A stretch of DNA of 64,000 nucleotides from Eutreptiella sp. 'Long Island Sound 2002' (taxonomy: Eukaryota > Protista > Euglenida): positions 13,516,001 through 13,580,000 of the forward strand of contig OZ038379.1 of assembly GCA_964036045.1 (NCBI GenBank). The letters are read 5' to 3'. The position numbers and the translations under genes were made by a program. Below are positions 1 to 11,539 of the stretch, piece by piece (within the stretch, counting starts at the first letter, position 1; each line of letters starts with the position of its first letter). The notes beneath the pieces were generated by a model. It was not told the DNA's origin. It ran no database searches and saw only the letters and a list, made by a program, of their open reading frames with translations.

Positions 1-267
1 CTTGTGTTTACCACCCTCCCCCTTTGTAAGAGCTACGCCCTTGTCCAAGCTATAGTAGGCGTAGGGACCGTATTAATTTGGTACCTAATTTTAATTCGGT
101 ACAAATGTAGTGCAGCCGCATAACACATGGGTTTGGTGACTGATTCTGATTCGGGGACGGACACCGATGAAGATAAACCCATTTCTGACCTCTCTTCCTC
201 AAGTGATGATTCTAGTGACTCGGATGATAATCCCAATGAAGTTATTTGGGCTAAGGCTGCCTGAGGT

Positions 268-486
268 GTGTGGGGAATGGCCCATGTCTTTGATGGGAAG
301 TTGTACTTTACAAGAGACCACATGCAGGGCAATTTGATTCCCAAGAATTTGAAGTTGCCCGAGCCAAAGCCAGCCACTAAACCTCGGGCAAAGGCATCTT
401 CAAAGGCATCTTCAAGTGGTGAGCATGTGCAGTTGTTCCGCGTGGTATATGATCACAAGAAGGGTTTCCAATCCGAACATTTGTAG
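268..486 (+). pseudogene. Fragment of a dispersed degenerate TE-like ORF family (motif GEHVQLF(R/K)xxxDxKKGF)
   Basis: Related translated or nucleotide motifs lie at ~5745-5830 (-), ~6460-6520 (+), ~43700-43830 (+), 55168-55362 (+) and in the duplicate at 55658. All are stop- or frameshift-broken. Confidence 0.5.
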
Positions 487-2200
487 GCTTCTCATGCCTC
501 ATTGCTTGTAGGAACATGGGTATGAACCTGAAAATTCATGTTTCAAACACTTTCTTGTGTTTCAATGCCTTTGGGAACGTGGGTGGATGCTAAGGTGCAC
601 TCATACCATGCACTTACTCACGTGTGTGTTGGTACTTGTATGTGTTGCGCGCAAGCCACGCCCTTGTCTAAGCTACAGTAGGCGTAGGGACTGTATTAAT
701 TTGGTACTTTTGCCTGGCCATTACAAGGGGGGGGGGGGTACACTTGACGTATTCAAGGAATAGGCAGGATGATGAGAACCCAGCAGCACCTCCCAATGGT
801 ACACTGGTACGCTAATGGTTTGGGTTGGGCATCTTGTGCTTAGGGAGGTGTTATGGGAGTTTCATAAGGTCGCCGCACTTGGTTGTTTGGTCGGTAGATT
901 TGCACTGGTTGGGTTGTTTGCACTGTGTTGCTGAATCACATTGCTTCTGGTGTGATGTGACCGCCGTCCATCTGTTTGGCACCATATTTTTTGTTCTGTG
1001 TCATACAACCCTCCTTGTGGGATCCCTGTGTCCAGCACCTGACTGCAACGTGGAACAATCTTTGTATTTGTGCCTGGTGGAGAGGTGCTCTACATGTGTA
1101 CAAATGGGGAGCACGTCCTTGCTACGATCATCAACGGCCAGTTCTCTGATGAGGACCTATGTGCGGTCCCGCTGGTTCCATTCAGCGTGCTCACCGCCAT
1201 GGCAGGAACATCACAGCACCAGATCCGTTGGTGCCATGATGTTCGGTGCCTTCCTTCAGTGCCATTATGTTCGGTGCCATTTTGTACTTCAGTACATCCC
1301 AAAAACATATGATGTTATCAGAATCCTCGAAACCTTTGCTGCTTGTTTCTCTTTTTTGTTTTCATCTCGCTGCGGCGTGGCAGCTGTTGCTGCACTACCA
1401 GGCATATAAGATACCAGAAGTGTCTCTAACCTGTTGGCCACAATTTGCTGTGGCAATGGGCTTTCCATCTGCACAGAGAGTTCCAGGCAGTGCTGCTGAG
1501 GCTACACAGAGAGTTCTTGGCAATGCTGCTGAGGTAGAGTTCGTTCCGGCAAAACATTCCAGTGTGTTCCGGCTATTCTAGTTGCCCGGGGGGGGGGGGG
1601 GGGGCATGCTTGATAGGGTAGGGCAGTTGTGGGCAACTACTTTGTTTCTATGCTCCCGGGTCTCCAGGAGCCGTGGCAGTCTTACACCTCTGCACTCTGT
1701 GTACATGTGTACCGTAGCAACAGGGTTGCCCCCCAGCGGCGTCTCTTTTCGGGGACATGCCTGACACGCATGAAGCTTTTGGGCTTACAACTCTTGCTGT
1801 ACAGAATATCTGGGCCAAGATGCCCATGCACACCATTGGCCTGACGGCCAGAACTGTCTCCGGTGTCAGACAAAAAAAAAGATCCCGCATGTCGTATATT
1901 TGTATAACTGTGTGTGTGTGTGTGTTTTCTTTGATCTGTTCTTGTCTCGCGGTTCTTGACGTGTGTGTTTGGTGTCCATGCCCATGGGGGTAGGAACAAT
2001 TTTACTGCAGGCTGTTCAGGGGAAACAGAAGAAGATGGGTTCCTCTTGCACCAACTGCACATGCAATCTTGCTCGTGTCAAGAAGAACTCCACACAAAGG
2101 CAAGAAAGCAAAAATGTGCACGTGGAACATGAATCACCACGTTCAGTTGACGCAAAGAAGAATGAGAGCAGGCACATGCATTACTTGTAACCAAGCTAGT

Positions 2201-2299
2201 GCAGCCGCAGCATGCCGCAGCACCTTTTTTTTGGAGCTGCACATGGGGGCTTTGAAGCATGCCGCAGCATGCCGCAGCATGCCGCAGCATGCCGCAGCA
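2201..2299. repeat. 10-bp tandem repeat (gcagcatgcc)n in two short clusters
   Basis: Direct reading. The copy at ~57591-57700 has one extra unit and one SNP. Confidence 0.9.
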
Positions 2300-2681
2300 C
2301 AAGAAATTTTTCCGTGGGACCGCACTAGCTTGCTTGTAACATCAACCCTCAGCAGCTTGTGCAATTTGGGGTTTTGCGAGTGTGCTGTACTACCCAGATT
2401 TGTTGATCACCTTGCCTGGGCCTCCTCATGCAGCAGCCTTCTGTCCACACCAGTGTGTGGACAGTTACACAGAGAGATGGCGCTGAGCCTCAAAAACTAA
2501 GACAGGAACCTGCATGTGATGCTTCTGCTCCTCCCAACAGATGTGTCACCACCGAACCTGTGTGCCATGGAACCTATCCCTGTTGCACATAGTATTTCAA
2601 GGACTAACAAACTGGTGCATTGTGACTCTAAATTACGCAAATAACTTGCCACAGTGTTGTGCCACAGTGTGATGAATCAAA

Positions 2682-2712
<31 letters not shown>

Positions 2713-2828
2713 TTGTCTGATCGCAGAGTACCGGGTCCTCTTGTATATACGAGTACCGGGTCCTCTTGTATATACTCTGTTTCCAGTTGATGATATTTTG
2801 GTTCCCTGATCTCAATTGCCCACCCATT

Positions 2829-3564
2829 GGGGGCGCCTTAAGCGCAGTGCGCATGCAGTGCGCGCGCAGTGCAACTATTTGGGCGTTTAGCCGTAGTAGA
2901 AACCCATAATTTGTGGTACTTTGGGCATTGTTGTTTTTTGGAAGTAGGTTTTGATGCTTTGGGGATATGGCATTTTTGGATGTTCACCCTGTTTCACCCA
3001 TTTCTACCTTTTTGCACACATTTTTTTCCCATTTCCACCACATCTACTCTTTTTCTTGGTTGATTGATATGGTGATACACTTTGAGGGTGCCTGCTACGG
3101 GACATCATACTTCCCTCCTCATTTCTCAGGCCCACGGATCTCCATGGATCTCAGCATTGGGGATAGGGTGTTCTACACCCGCTCCAATGGCCTGCAACCT
3201 CCTGCCACGGTGGTTGGGACGGCCTAAGACGGACTCCTCCACTTGGAATACTACCAAGATGGGTTGGGAGTGGTGAATTGGCAATGCAAGATGGGGTCCA
3301 TCTCCTTTGCCATCCCAAGTTCAGATTCGCCACCTCACTTGCCCTCCATCTCCGCCACCCAACACACAGTCAAGTTCCCCCCCAAAGGCCCCTGGTCTTT
3401 CACCACTGCCACAAGAACCGGGAAGGTCCCCCTCAAGGTCCCCTCCAGTCCAGTTTGGGTCGCCTAATTCGAAGGGTGTTTCCAAGGGGCGTGCCTAGGG
3501 GCTCTTCGGGGGGCACATAGTCTAAAAGTAGCGCGCAGTGCGCGCGCAGTGCAAGGATTCCCCC
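2829..3564. mobile_element. MITE-like element with imperfect G-rich TIRs and a 3-bp TSD (PIF/Harbinger-like pattern)
   Basis: att|GGGGGCGCCTT...AAGGATTCCCCC|att, with subterminal gcgcagtgc repeats at both ends. Duplicate at 58229-58964. Confidence 0.65.
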
Positions 3565-6285
3565 ATTGCACTGGATTCCTTTGTCAGTCAGCCAGTCTGA
3601 CTTTATGTGTATACCAGCAGCTTGGTCTCTATGCCAATGCAGTGGGCGTTGACCCCTGGGGCCCCCAGGATGTGCTAGACCCGTACTATCCTTGTAGCAC
3701 TTCTGCGCATTGGGATGGGTCTGCACACTCTTTTCCAATGTGTGCATGTACTCCACCCACCTGGACATTGACTGATCGATGAGTCCCAGACTGCTTGTCG
3801 AGTCTGTTTTTCCTGGTCTGTGCCCCCTTTTGAAGGGGTGGCCGAATGCCATGCAGCATCCTCTATGGTATCACTTGAAGAAGATGGTGTACAACCTGTG
3901 AGGCATCGGCCTGCCTTGGATGATAGATGTGATTCTGGTCATAACACCAACATATGTCGGACATACAGCCCAAGGCTCGCACCTTACCCCCCACCCCACC
4001 CCTTGCGCAAGCACCGGCTTGTCCAAGCACGCGAACCCCTCGGACCTTCGTTTTCCTGATTTTTCCTGACTGCAGTTTTTGTGGTCAGAAATGTAACGTG
4101 ACGCGGTTGGGCTCCGATTGTAGAGGGAAAGGGGGGCTGGATCATGCTTGTGGTAGTCCCTCCTGCTCATACCAACATTCTGCTTGCAACTGCAACTGCC
4201 ACTACTGTTCATTTTGACGTCTTCAGCACAGAGATTCGAGCTCGGTCACTCTCCCCCCACCATGACACCTAAGGCGTCAGTTCAGCATGGCCGAATGAGT
4301 GCCCTGACTCCCTCAAACTGAGCTGTCTCCAGCTGTGTCCTGGTGGTTGCATGCAGGCAGTGAGTATCTGGCAGTGGCTGCCGCTGTATCTTCATAGCCA
4401 ACAGCAGTCTTCAGGCCTATGACCATCAGCGAAATGTGCATACCAACATCAACACGCTGTACATAGCCGAAGCACACCAATACTGTTGCAGTGGAAATCA
4501 TGATTGTGCCATTTTGACATGAATTGCAGCCATGGTTACTGTTGCTATTGCTGGCATGGTTGTTACGTACATCCGGTCCACCGATGAACATGTGCCCGCC
4601 ACAATTACTGGTCCTTCTAGTCGTGCAAGGTTGGAAAGCGCTTTTATTCCACAGCTGCTGATGCCCCTGATGGGCAGTGAGGATGTCCAGAACATGCTGA
4701 ATTTTGCCTGAACAATGTGCTATGGAGCTCTGTTGCGACAATTGTGGTTAGGGTGAGGTATGTATGAGTGAGGTATGGGCAGGTGTTCACCACATGTGGT
4801 ACCATGCATCGTATGCTAGCACGGGCTTGTCTGAGCATGGGACCCATCCCGGCAGTTTTTTCCACAAAACCTGTATGATGAAGTCCAGATCCCACTGTGG
4901 CAAATATAGGTGATTAAATAGGACCCCGGCTGACAGTTGTTTTCCTGACTTTCAGCTTTGGGGGGCGCACCGTGCGCTGTGCCCGCACTGTGCGAAAAGT
5001 CGGCTGTTTTTCACCACTGGTAGCCACGGGTACCGGGGTCCTGCACCCTACAGCCCCTGCTGGTACACCAGGGATTTTTTGTTTTAGTCTGATGCTTGCC
5101 ACGGGTCCCAGGGTCCTGAATTCTGCGCCCCTGATGCTGTTTTGAATGGATGATGCACGCTTCTGTAGGTGGGTGGTTTTCAGGGGTGTTCACGGGATAA
5201 ACAACGTAATAATTGGCGTCGTGCGCGCGCTGTGCCCGCGCTGTGTGAAAACGCCCCTTTGCGCAAAGGGCTAGTCTCCTGTGGGTCCTGTCCACCGGAA
5301 TTGAATGATCGACGAGTTCCATTTTGAGACTACCCCCTTAGGTAAAAACCTTTGTGTCCACTGGTCTACAGAGTGTTGCTCCTCAGAATTTTCAACTTCC
5401 CGAATTCCTGACACGCATGACAGCTTGGGCTGCACTAGATTGTGCATGGTACATGAATGATGTGAGCGGCGCTGTGCCTGCCTTCTGCAACACACCAGCA
5501 CTCAGTGCTAGTAGGGGGCACCAGCAAAGGAAGAACAAGGGAGCGCGTCAGAAAATACTACTGTCAAGGTGACCCCCCCCCCCCCCTTGGGGGGGGAGAT
5601 TTCAAGGGGGGGGGGGGTACAAACACCAAGTGTTGGTTGGACAAAGAGTTCCATGCGCGCCTTATGAAACTCCTCCCTAAACACAGGATACCCAGCTCAT
5701 GCAAAGCACAAAGGGGGCAGAGGCTTCAATTAGCACTTTTCAAATTAGCCCTTTTTGTGGTCCCTTTCCATCCTGAAAAGCTGAACATGCTCTCCCGGCA
5801 AGGGTACAAAGTCATCTGCTTGCTTGTGCCCAAGAATTGTGGCTTCTACAAGCTCACCAATGTGGTATTGCTTGTATACCGCAGGGCGCACCCCACAGTC
5901 CTCTTTGCATTGAGACACAAATGTATGCTGTCGGTGCGCATGGTACCGCTTTCGTAGCAAGGGTGCCCCGCTTCTGACAACTGTCATTGGTCCCTCGTCA
6001 ACCACAGCCCCAAACTCTGCACCGTGCAGAAAACCCACAAGGGCATACCGGCGAAAAACTTGATGTATAGTCGCAACGGTGAAGTGGTATGTTTTTGTGG
6101 TGCCCCCCCCCCCCCCCAAAGGGGGGGAACCGGCCTGACAAAAGGGGGGGAGATTTCAAGGGGGGGGACCGGAAGTTTGGGGAACATTTGTATCCGCTGG
6201 ACCTGGGGTGGAGGGCTTATTTGAGTCTTTCTCTAGAGCCTCAGAACTTGAGACCACTTTCGGATTGTGAGATGGCCTGCATTAA

Positions 6286-7492
6286 GGGGGGCCTTAAGCG
6301 CAGTGCGTGCACACTTGACTATTTGGGCGTTTGGCCGTACCCCCCCCCCCCTTGTCCTTCCCCGCCCCTTGTCCTTCCCCAAGGGGGGTGGGGGACCGTC
6401 ACTTGGTGAACCCCAAAAGGGCCAAGCCACTGCCCAAGGGTGCTGTCCAAAGCATTCCTGTGGAAAGTGGTGAGCATGTTCAAGAATTCAAGGTCAAATG
6501 GAGCAGGACGAAGAAATTCTACACCCAGCGAGTCAAGGAGAAAATTTCATTACATTGGCAGCCCATGGAGCGCGCGCATGATTTTCATGTTGTTGCATTA
6601 CTTGCTTTCATTCGTCACCGTGACAAGCTCTGCACACCAACATTTTTTATGCTTTCATTTGTCACCGTGACAAGCTCTGCGCACCAACGTTTTTTATGCT
6701 GCGTTATTTCGTCTTCTGCCGCAATTTCTGTGCCCCACAGTGTGCGTGTACGGTGGTACTACGGTCGGTGGTGGGGGACCGTCACTTGGTGACCGTCCCC
6801 CAGGGGGTGGCGGGGGGCCGTCTTTTCTGGGATGGGGAAGGACGGGGGGGGGGGGGGGGTACTAGAAACCCATCCTTTGTGATACTTTGGGCATCAGTGT
6901 TGTTTGACGGCAGGCTTTGATGCTGCTTCCACATTGGGGATATGCCATTTTCACCCAGTTTCACCCATTTCCACCACTTTCACACATTTTGTGCTCATTT
7001 CCACCACATCCACTCCTTTCTAGGTTTATTTCTCCCCATCATGGGTACCCCAAGGAGGCAAGTGTTATGTAGCCATATTGACACATATTTTGTTGGTCCT
7101 TTCACTGCTCATGAAACAGGGATTCTAACGAGAAGATGAAGAGTATGTGGCATGTTAGACATCTTACGTGCGATTTTGATGTTAGCTGTCTGACACAATT
7201 GTGTGATATTGTGTTAGTACACAAGTTCAGCTACAAGGGATTCCGGCACACACAAGTTTCAGTGGAGTAAAGCCCATCACATTTGGAAGCAACATTTTTC
7301 AGTGAAAGAAAACAGAACAAAATTTTCCGTGTCAGATTGCAATTTTTGCACCCCTCGGCTACTTTGTACCCCCAAGGCTCGGGTAGTTGGGGTCGCCTAA
7401 TTTCAAGGGCGTTTGGAAGGGGTGTGCCTGGGGGCTCTTGGGGGGAAATCTAGTCTAAAAGTAGCGCGGTGCGCACAGCACAAGGATTCCCC
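6286..7492. mobile_element. Longer diverged member of the same MITE family
   Basis: Shares the 5' end (ggggggccttaagcgcagtgcg...actatttgggcgtt), an internal tttcacccattt module and the 3' ~130 bp (...tctaaaagtagcgcg...aaggattcccc) with 2829-3564. Flanks are taa/aaa, so the TSD is imperfect. Duplicate at 61661-62867. Confidence 0.55.
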
Positions 7493-8530
7493 AAAAAAAT
7501 CATGTCCAGGAGCTAGAGTGGGATACAATACACACCGTATTGTACAGTACGGTACCAATAAGTTTGTATGGATATCAAGAGACCCTTAATGGTCACTTAC
7601 AAATGGGGACACATCCGGTGTCAGCTGCTCCATTTGTCATGCGTTTGCAGCTGAATTCAATAGGTGTCATCCAGACATGTCCCGAAAGTAGCAACATCAA
7701 CCCAGAGACCACTAGGAAGTAATAGCGCCTATCCATGTTCGCAACATAACAGCTCCCATCCATTACAGTTTGTGTGGTGTTACCATTGGCAGGTGCTTTA
7801 CAAAGTGCACATGGTGCAAATATTGCCCCACCTGTCAGATTGGGCGAAACACAAAGCAGCAATTGTCAAGAGGCCAGCCCTTTGAGCCCCTGTTAGCAGG
7901 GGAGCAGAAAAGATGCTCTATGGACTGCCTGCCCCTTGAGCCCCCTGTCCGGGCGGGGGGGGGGGGGGGCTCCCGCAGCCCAGATGGGCTGTTTGCGCAA
8001 CAGGAGCGGGAGCCCACCAGGGGCAGACCAGCCGTGAGGGGGAAAGGGACATATGGTGGACGGTCGGGACAACGCGTGGAGGAGCAGGGCACTTGGGCCT
8101 CACGCACACAGAACCACAGCGAGGCAGGTTATGGACAGCCTGTGGACAGAGGCGTGTGGACAGCAAAAACAGTCAAACGACCCCGGCAACAACTAGCATA
8201 TCCTCAATACCCCGGGAATCCCTCAGGCATGGCTTACTCCCGGTAGCTTCCAACCCCCCTCCCGTGGCATCTGCTCCTGATGATATTCCTCAGGGAGGCA
8301 GCCCAGGTCACGTTCTGGTTCAACCCAAGTGAGTGATCGTGGCCGGCAACTGCAACCACCACCATGAACGAAGGCTGTGCCTTGGGCACATCCCCTTAGT
8401 CATGTTCCGGGCCTGCTTCCCAGGCCCATCCTATGTGCCACCCTCCATTGGCTGCCGCACTGTAGCTGGTGGCTGGGCATGGCCCTACTCGAGGCAACGG
8501 TGCAGTGTCTGTCGCTCCTCTGTTTCCCGG

Positions 8531-8551
8531 TGTCTATTTTTTCTTCGGCAG
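8531..8551 (+). promoter_or_regulatory. Candidate 3' splice or spliced-leader acceptor just upstream of the importin ATG
   Basis: tgtctattttttcttcggcAG followed by 10 nt and then ATG. Trans-splicing is an inference. Confidence 0.4.
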
Positions 8552-8561
8552 CAAGGCCCCC

Positions 8562-8708
8562 ATGGATCCCCAAGCGCTGTACCGGACTCTTGAGGGGACG
8601 TTTAATATCGACAACAACGTCCGTCAACAAGCAGAAGCACAACTGAAGCAGGCGGAATCTCACCCCGGATATTTGGGGATCATTTTCCAAGCAGCTTGTG
8701 CTGACCAG
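8562..8708 (+). CDS. IPO7: Importin-7/8 family karyopherin, exon 1 (IBN_N domain start)
   Basis: MDPQALYRTLEGTFNIDNNVRQQAEAQLKQAESHPGYLGIIFQAACADQ matches the importin-beta N-terminal pattern (xxRxxAExxLxQ). It ends at cag|gtccgc in phase 0. An upstream pyrimidine tract plus AG lies at 8549-8551. Confidence 0.85.
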
Positions 8709-10800
8709 GTCCGCAACGGCTCCCCTCTGCAGTGTTTCTTGGCTCTCCCCGATCGCCTTCCCCTACAGCTCTGCCCCTGCATGAACCCCGCCCCCCACCC
8801 ACCTACCCATGACCCAGCCACCAGACTTGCTGCTGGTGCTGTGGCGTGAGTGGGGAGAGCTGAGTGGAACTGAGTCAGACATTCAATGTGTGCGGACCCT
8901 ACTGAGTGCTGGACAGGCCCCGGGCGAATCCTAGTGAGTACAGATTGCTGGTCTGGACACTGACAGCAAATGTGCTGCCCAACTCTTGCGCAAGCACGGC
9001 CTTGTCGAAGCGCGGCGAGCCGCTCCTGATCGTTGCTTTTTTGACCGCTAGTTTGCTGGTTGAGGGGAAAAGATGACACGGATGTGAGCCCATGGTAGTG
9101 GGGGAGGGGGGCGTCCTGTGCTTAGCCAAGGCTGCTATCCCATGATGACACGCGGGTGTTGTGCGGTACACAGGCCCAAACTGAACGTCGACCTGCCGCC
9201 GCCCTAATCCACTCCACCTTTGAGCAGAAGTGGGCCGCACTCCAAGGCATAGTGCCGCTGAGAGCAGCCACAACTCGTACATGCTAGGCATATCTGGTTC
9301 TTGTTGATGCCCCTCTGCATGTTTTTGTGTGGGGGATTAGTATTCCGGCCGCTCCCGGATCATAACTGCAGAAGATATGCACGCTGCTCCGCGTCATGCC
9401 TTTTGTGCTTGAGGTGCAGTTGCTTCGAAGTTTGAGCATCGTCTTTTTTCACGCAGCAATTGGTTTCCATGTTGATCAGGCGCTGCAAGGAATGCAAACG
9501 GAGCATAGCAGGTTTTCCATGCCGCGACCACCGACTACTGCCGCCGTCCGGGCCACCACGGCCGGTTGTGCGTGTCAGGGGACTGCGGGAGGCGGTTGTG
9601 GTGTGTGGGTGTATGTGGTGCACAGCAAGCGTAACGAAACTCCCTAGCACCAAACTGGGGGCTGGCGATCGTTTGCTGAAAGCAGCCCCCGGAGTTGTGC
9701 TGCGTTCTCTATTTCTTCATGAATCAATGGCTGGGATTGCCTGACGCGGGGGCATTCAGTCTTATCAGAATCAACCAGTTGTGCAGGTGCCTCAGTAGCA
9801 TCAATGGTGCTCCGCTTTATGGTGCTTCGTTGGGGGTGTGGACTGCAACGGGACGGAGCAGCTGCCTTTCGAGAACCCCCCCCCCCCCCAACCACCACCA
9901 CCACCCCACCCTTCCAGACCCCCAAACCTGCACCCATGGGGCAGCAGATTTGTCGCCTGCACAGTGGCACCGTCACGGCTCGCTTCCTGCTTTGCGAGGT
10001 TCATGTACCCCCCGTGCAACGACCACCTTGTCCAACGACCACCCGCTGGTCCAACAGTGAACCATTGCCGGTCGTTGCGTGAAGGGGGGGCGCGTATTGT
10101 GTCTGTCAGAATTTCCCGCTTTTGCCCCCTTCCTTACGGTGGGCGGGCAACGGTGCTTTGCCCCCACATCTGTTGAGTCAAAAACGCTCAGAATTCCAGT
10201 CTTCCAGAAAACACCCAGACCTCTTCACCTCCCCACCTCACGCCACGATCGCATACTGCGGACGGGTCCAGCGCGTGGACAGCACAACGCTCGTGCGCGA
10301 CACCTTCACGTGGTGTATTGTACTCCAGGAACCGGTGACCAACGCATTGTCCTGCGATGTGATGTGCGCGGAGCCGTCCGACCGACGTGGAATGCACCCG
10401 AAGGACTGATGGCTGACAAGTGCGGGGGATATTCAGTCACTCAGCACCGACAACTGAGCAGGGCGCTCCTCTCTCACCCCGTCTTTTCTTTTTTCTTCTT
10501 TGTTTGCGCCAAGAAGCGCCCTAAGGAGCGGCCAAAACAACTGCTCAACCGGCGTCGGTTGCCATCCAGCCGCCTTCGCATACCCTGCAACTGCCGTCAG
10601 AGCTGCCGCCCAAGCGCCCGAAGATGACTGGGCGTATGTTCAGCCACCCCCCCCCCCCCGGCCGCCTTTTAGGGAATTAGGGAGGGCCCAGCCATTGAGC
10701 CCCCTCACGCCGCAAGTGTATGGCCCAGAACACCACTGAGACGCCCCCAATGCCCCCCCTCTTGCTTCCCCTGTACTTTGCTGGCCCATCGTCACCACAG

Positions 10801-11108
10801 GTCAATGCCGACATCCGTCTGGCTGCCGCCCTCCGCTTCAAGAACAGGCTGCGCAACGAGGACTGCGACGAGGACTGGAAGTCCCCGGTCCAAAAAGATG
10901 AGGAGGTGGTGGTGAGGAAGGCGTTGGGCGCCGTCATCACGGCCCCTTCCAAGGTCAGGAGCGTGCTCCTGGAAGAGCTGCAGAGGATCTTGACGTACGA
11001 CTCCCTTTCCTGGGAAGGCCTGGTGACGGAAGTGATGCAAGGCCTGAACATGCACAAGATTACCGGGGCCCTGTCCGTACTTCGGGTGCTCTGCAAGCGA
11101 TTCGAGTA
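10801..11108 (+). CDS. IPO7: Importin-7/8 family, exon 2 (3' boundary uncertain; the frame stays open to a GT at 11395)
   Basis: accacAG|VNADIRLAAALRFKN...VRSVLLEELQRILTYDSLSWEGLV...GALSVLRVLCKRFEY aligns by eye with importin-7 HEAT repeats (RQAAVIYLKN...W...L.QL.K.YEY). It joins exon 1 in phase 0. Confidence 0.8.
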
Positions 11109-11539
11109 CAACAGTGCCGCCCCATTGTCACCCCAAAATTCCAATTCCAATTCCCTTCCACACCTGACGTCCAACGGCAGCCTACCGCCAATGCCCCCGG
11201 GCCCAGTGGCCCACCTGCCCGTGCCCCGCCCCCGGCGTGCCATCGACGTGCGGCTGGCTCCACCTCCTGCACCGCTGTCTGCGGCGGGAGGCCTTGTGCT
11301 GCCGCCCCCCGCACCGCCGGCTGCTGTGCCTGGCTCGGGCCTCCGAAGCAGCGCTATGCCGGACGGCCGATTGCCAGGTTTCGAGCCCATGCGGGTATGC
11401 GCCTCGGCTCTGTGCTGACTGACGATTGGGGGGCTGTGGCTGGGGTTAGTGCGTACGCTCGGTCTGGGGCTCTAGCACGGGCAGATGCTGGCTGGGGCTG
11501 GTGAGAGCCTCCATACGTGGCTAGATCTTCTGCTTTTCG

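Larger units (their letters stand above)
1..8625 (+). repeat. Copy A of a long direct repeat (partner 55391-64000)
   Basis: Window base 1 (cttgtgtttaccaccctccc) recurs at 55391, and the ORF track repeats with an offset of 55375-55400 to the window end. Differences are homopolymer lengths, one extra 10-bp unit, a 24-bp indel near 4331 and a few SNPs. Confidence 0.97.

Noticed and set aside
1146-1175. Hammerhead-like CTGATGA-GGACC-loop-GGTCC
   Set aside because: The stem is not followed by GAAA (it reads cgct), so the core is incomplete.
10677-11390. 237-aa minus-strand ORF
   Set aside because: It is the antisense shadow of GC-rich importin exon 2.
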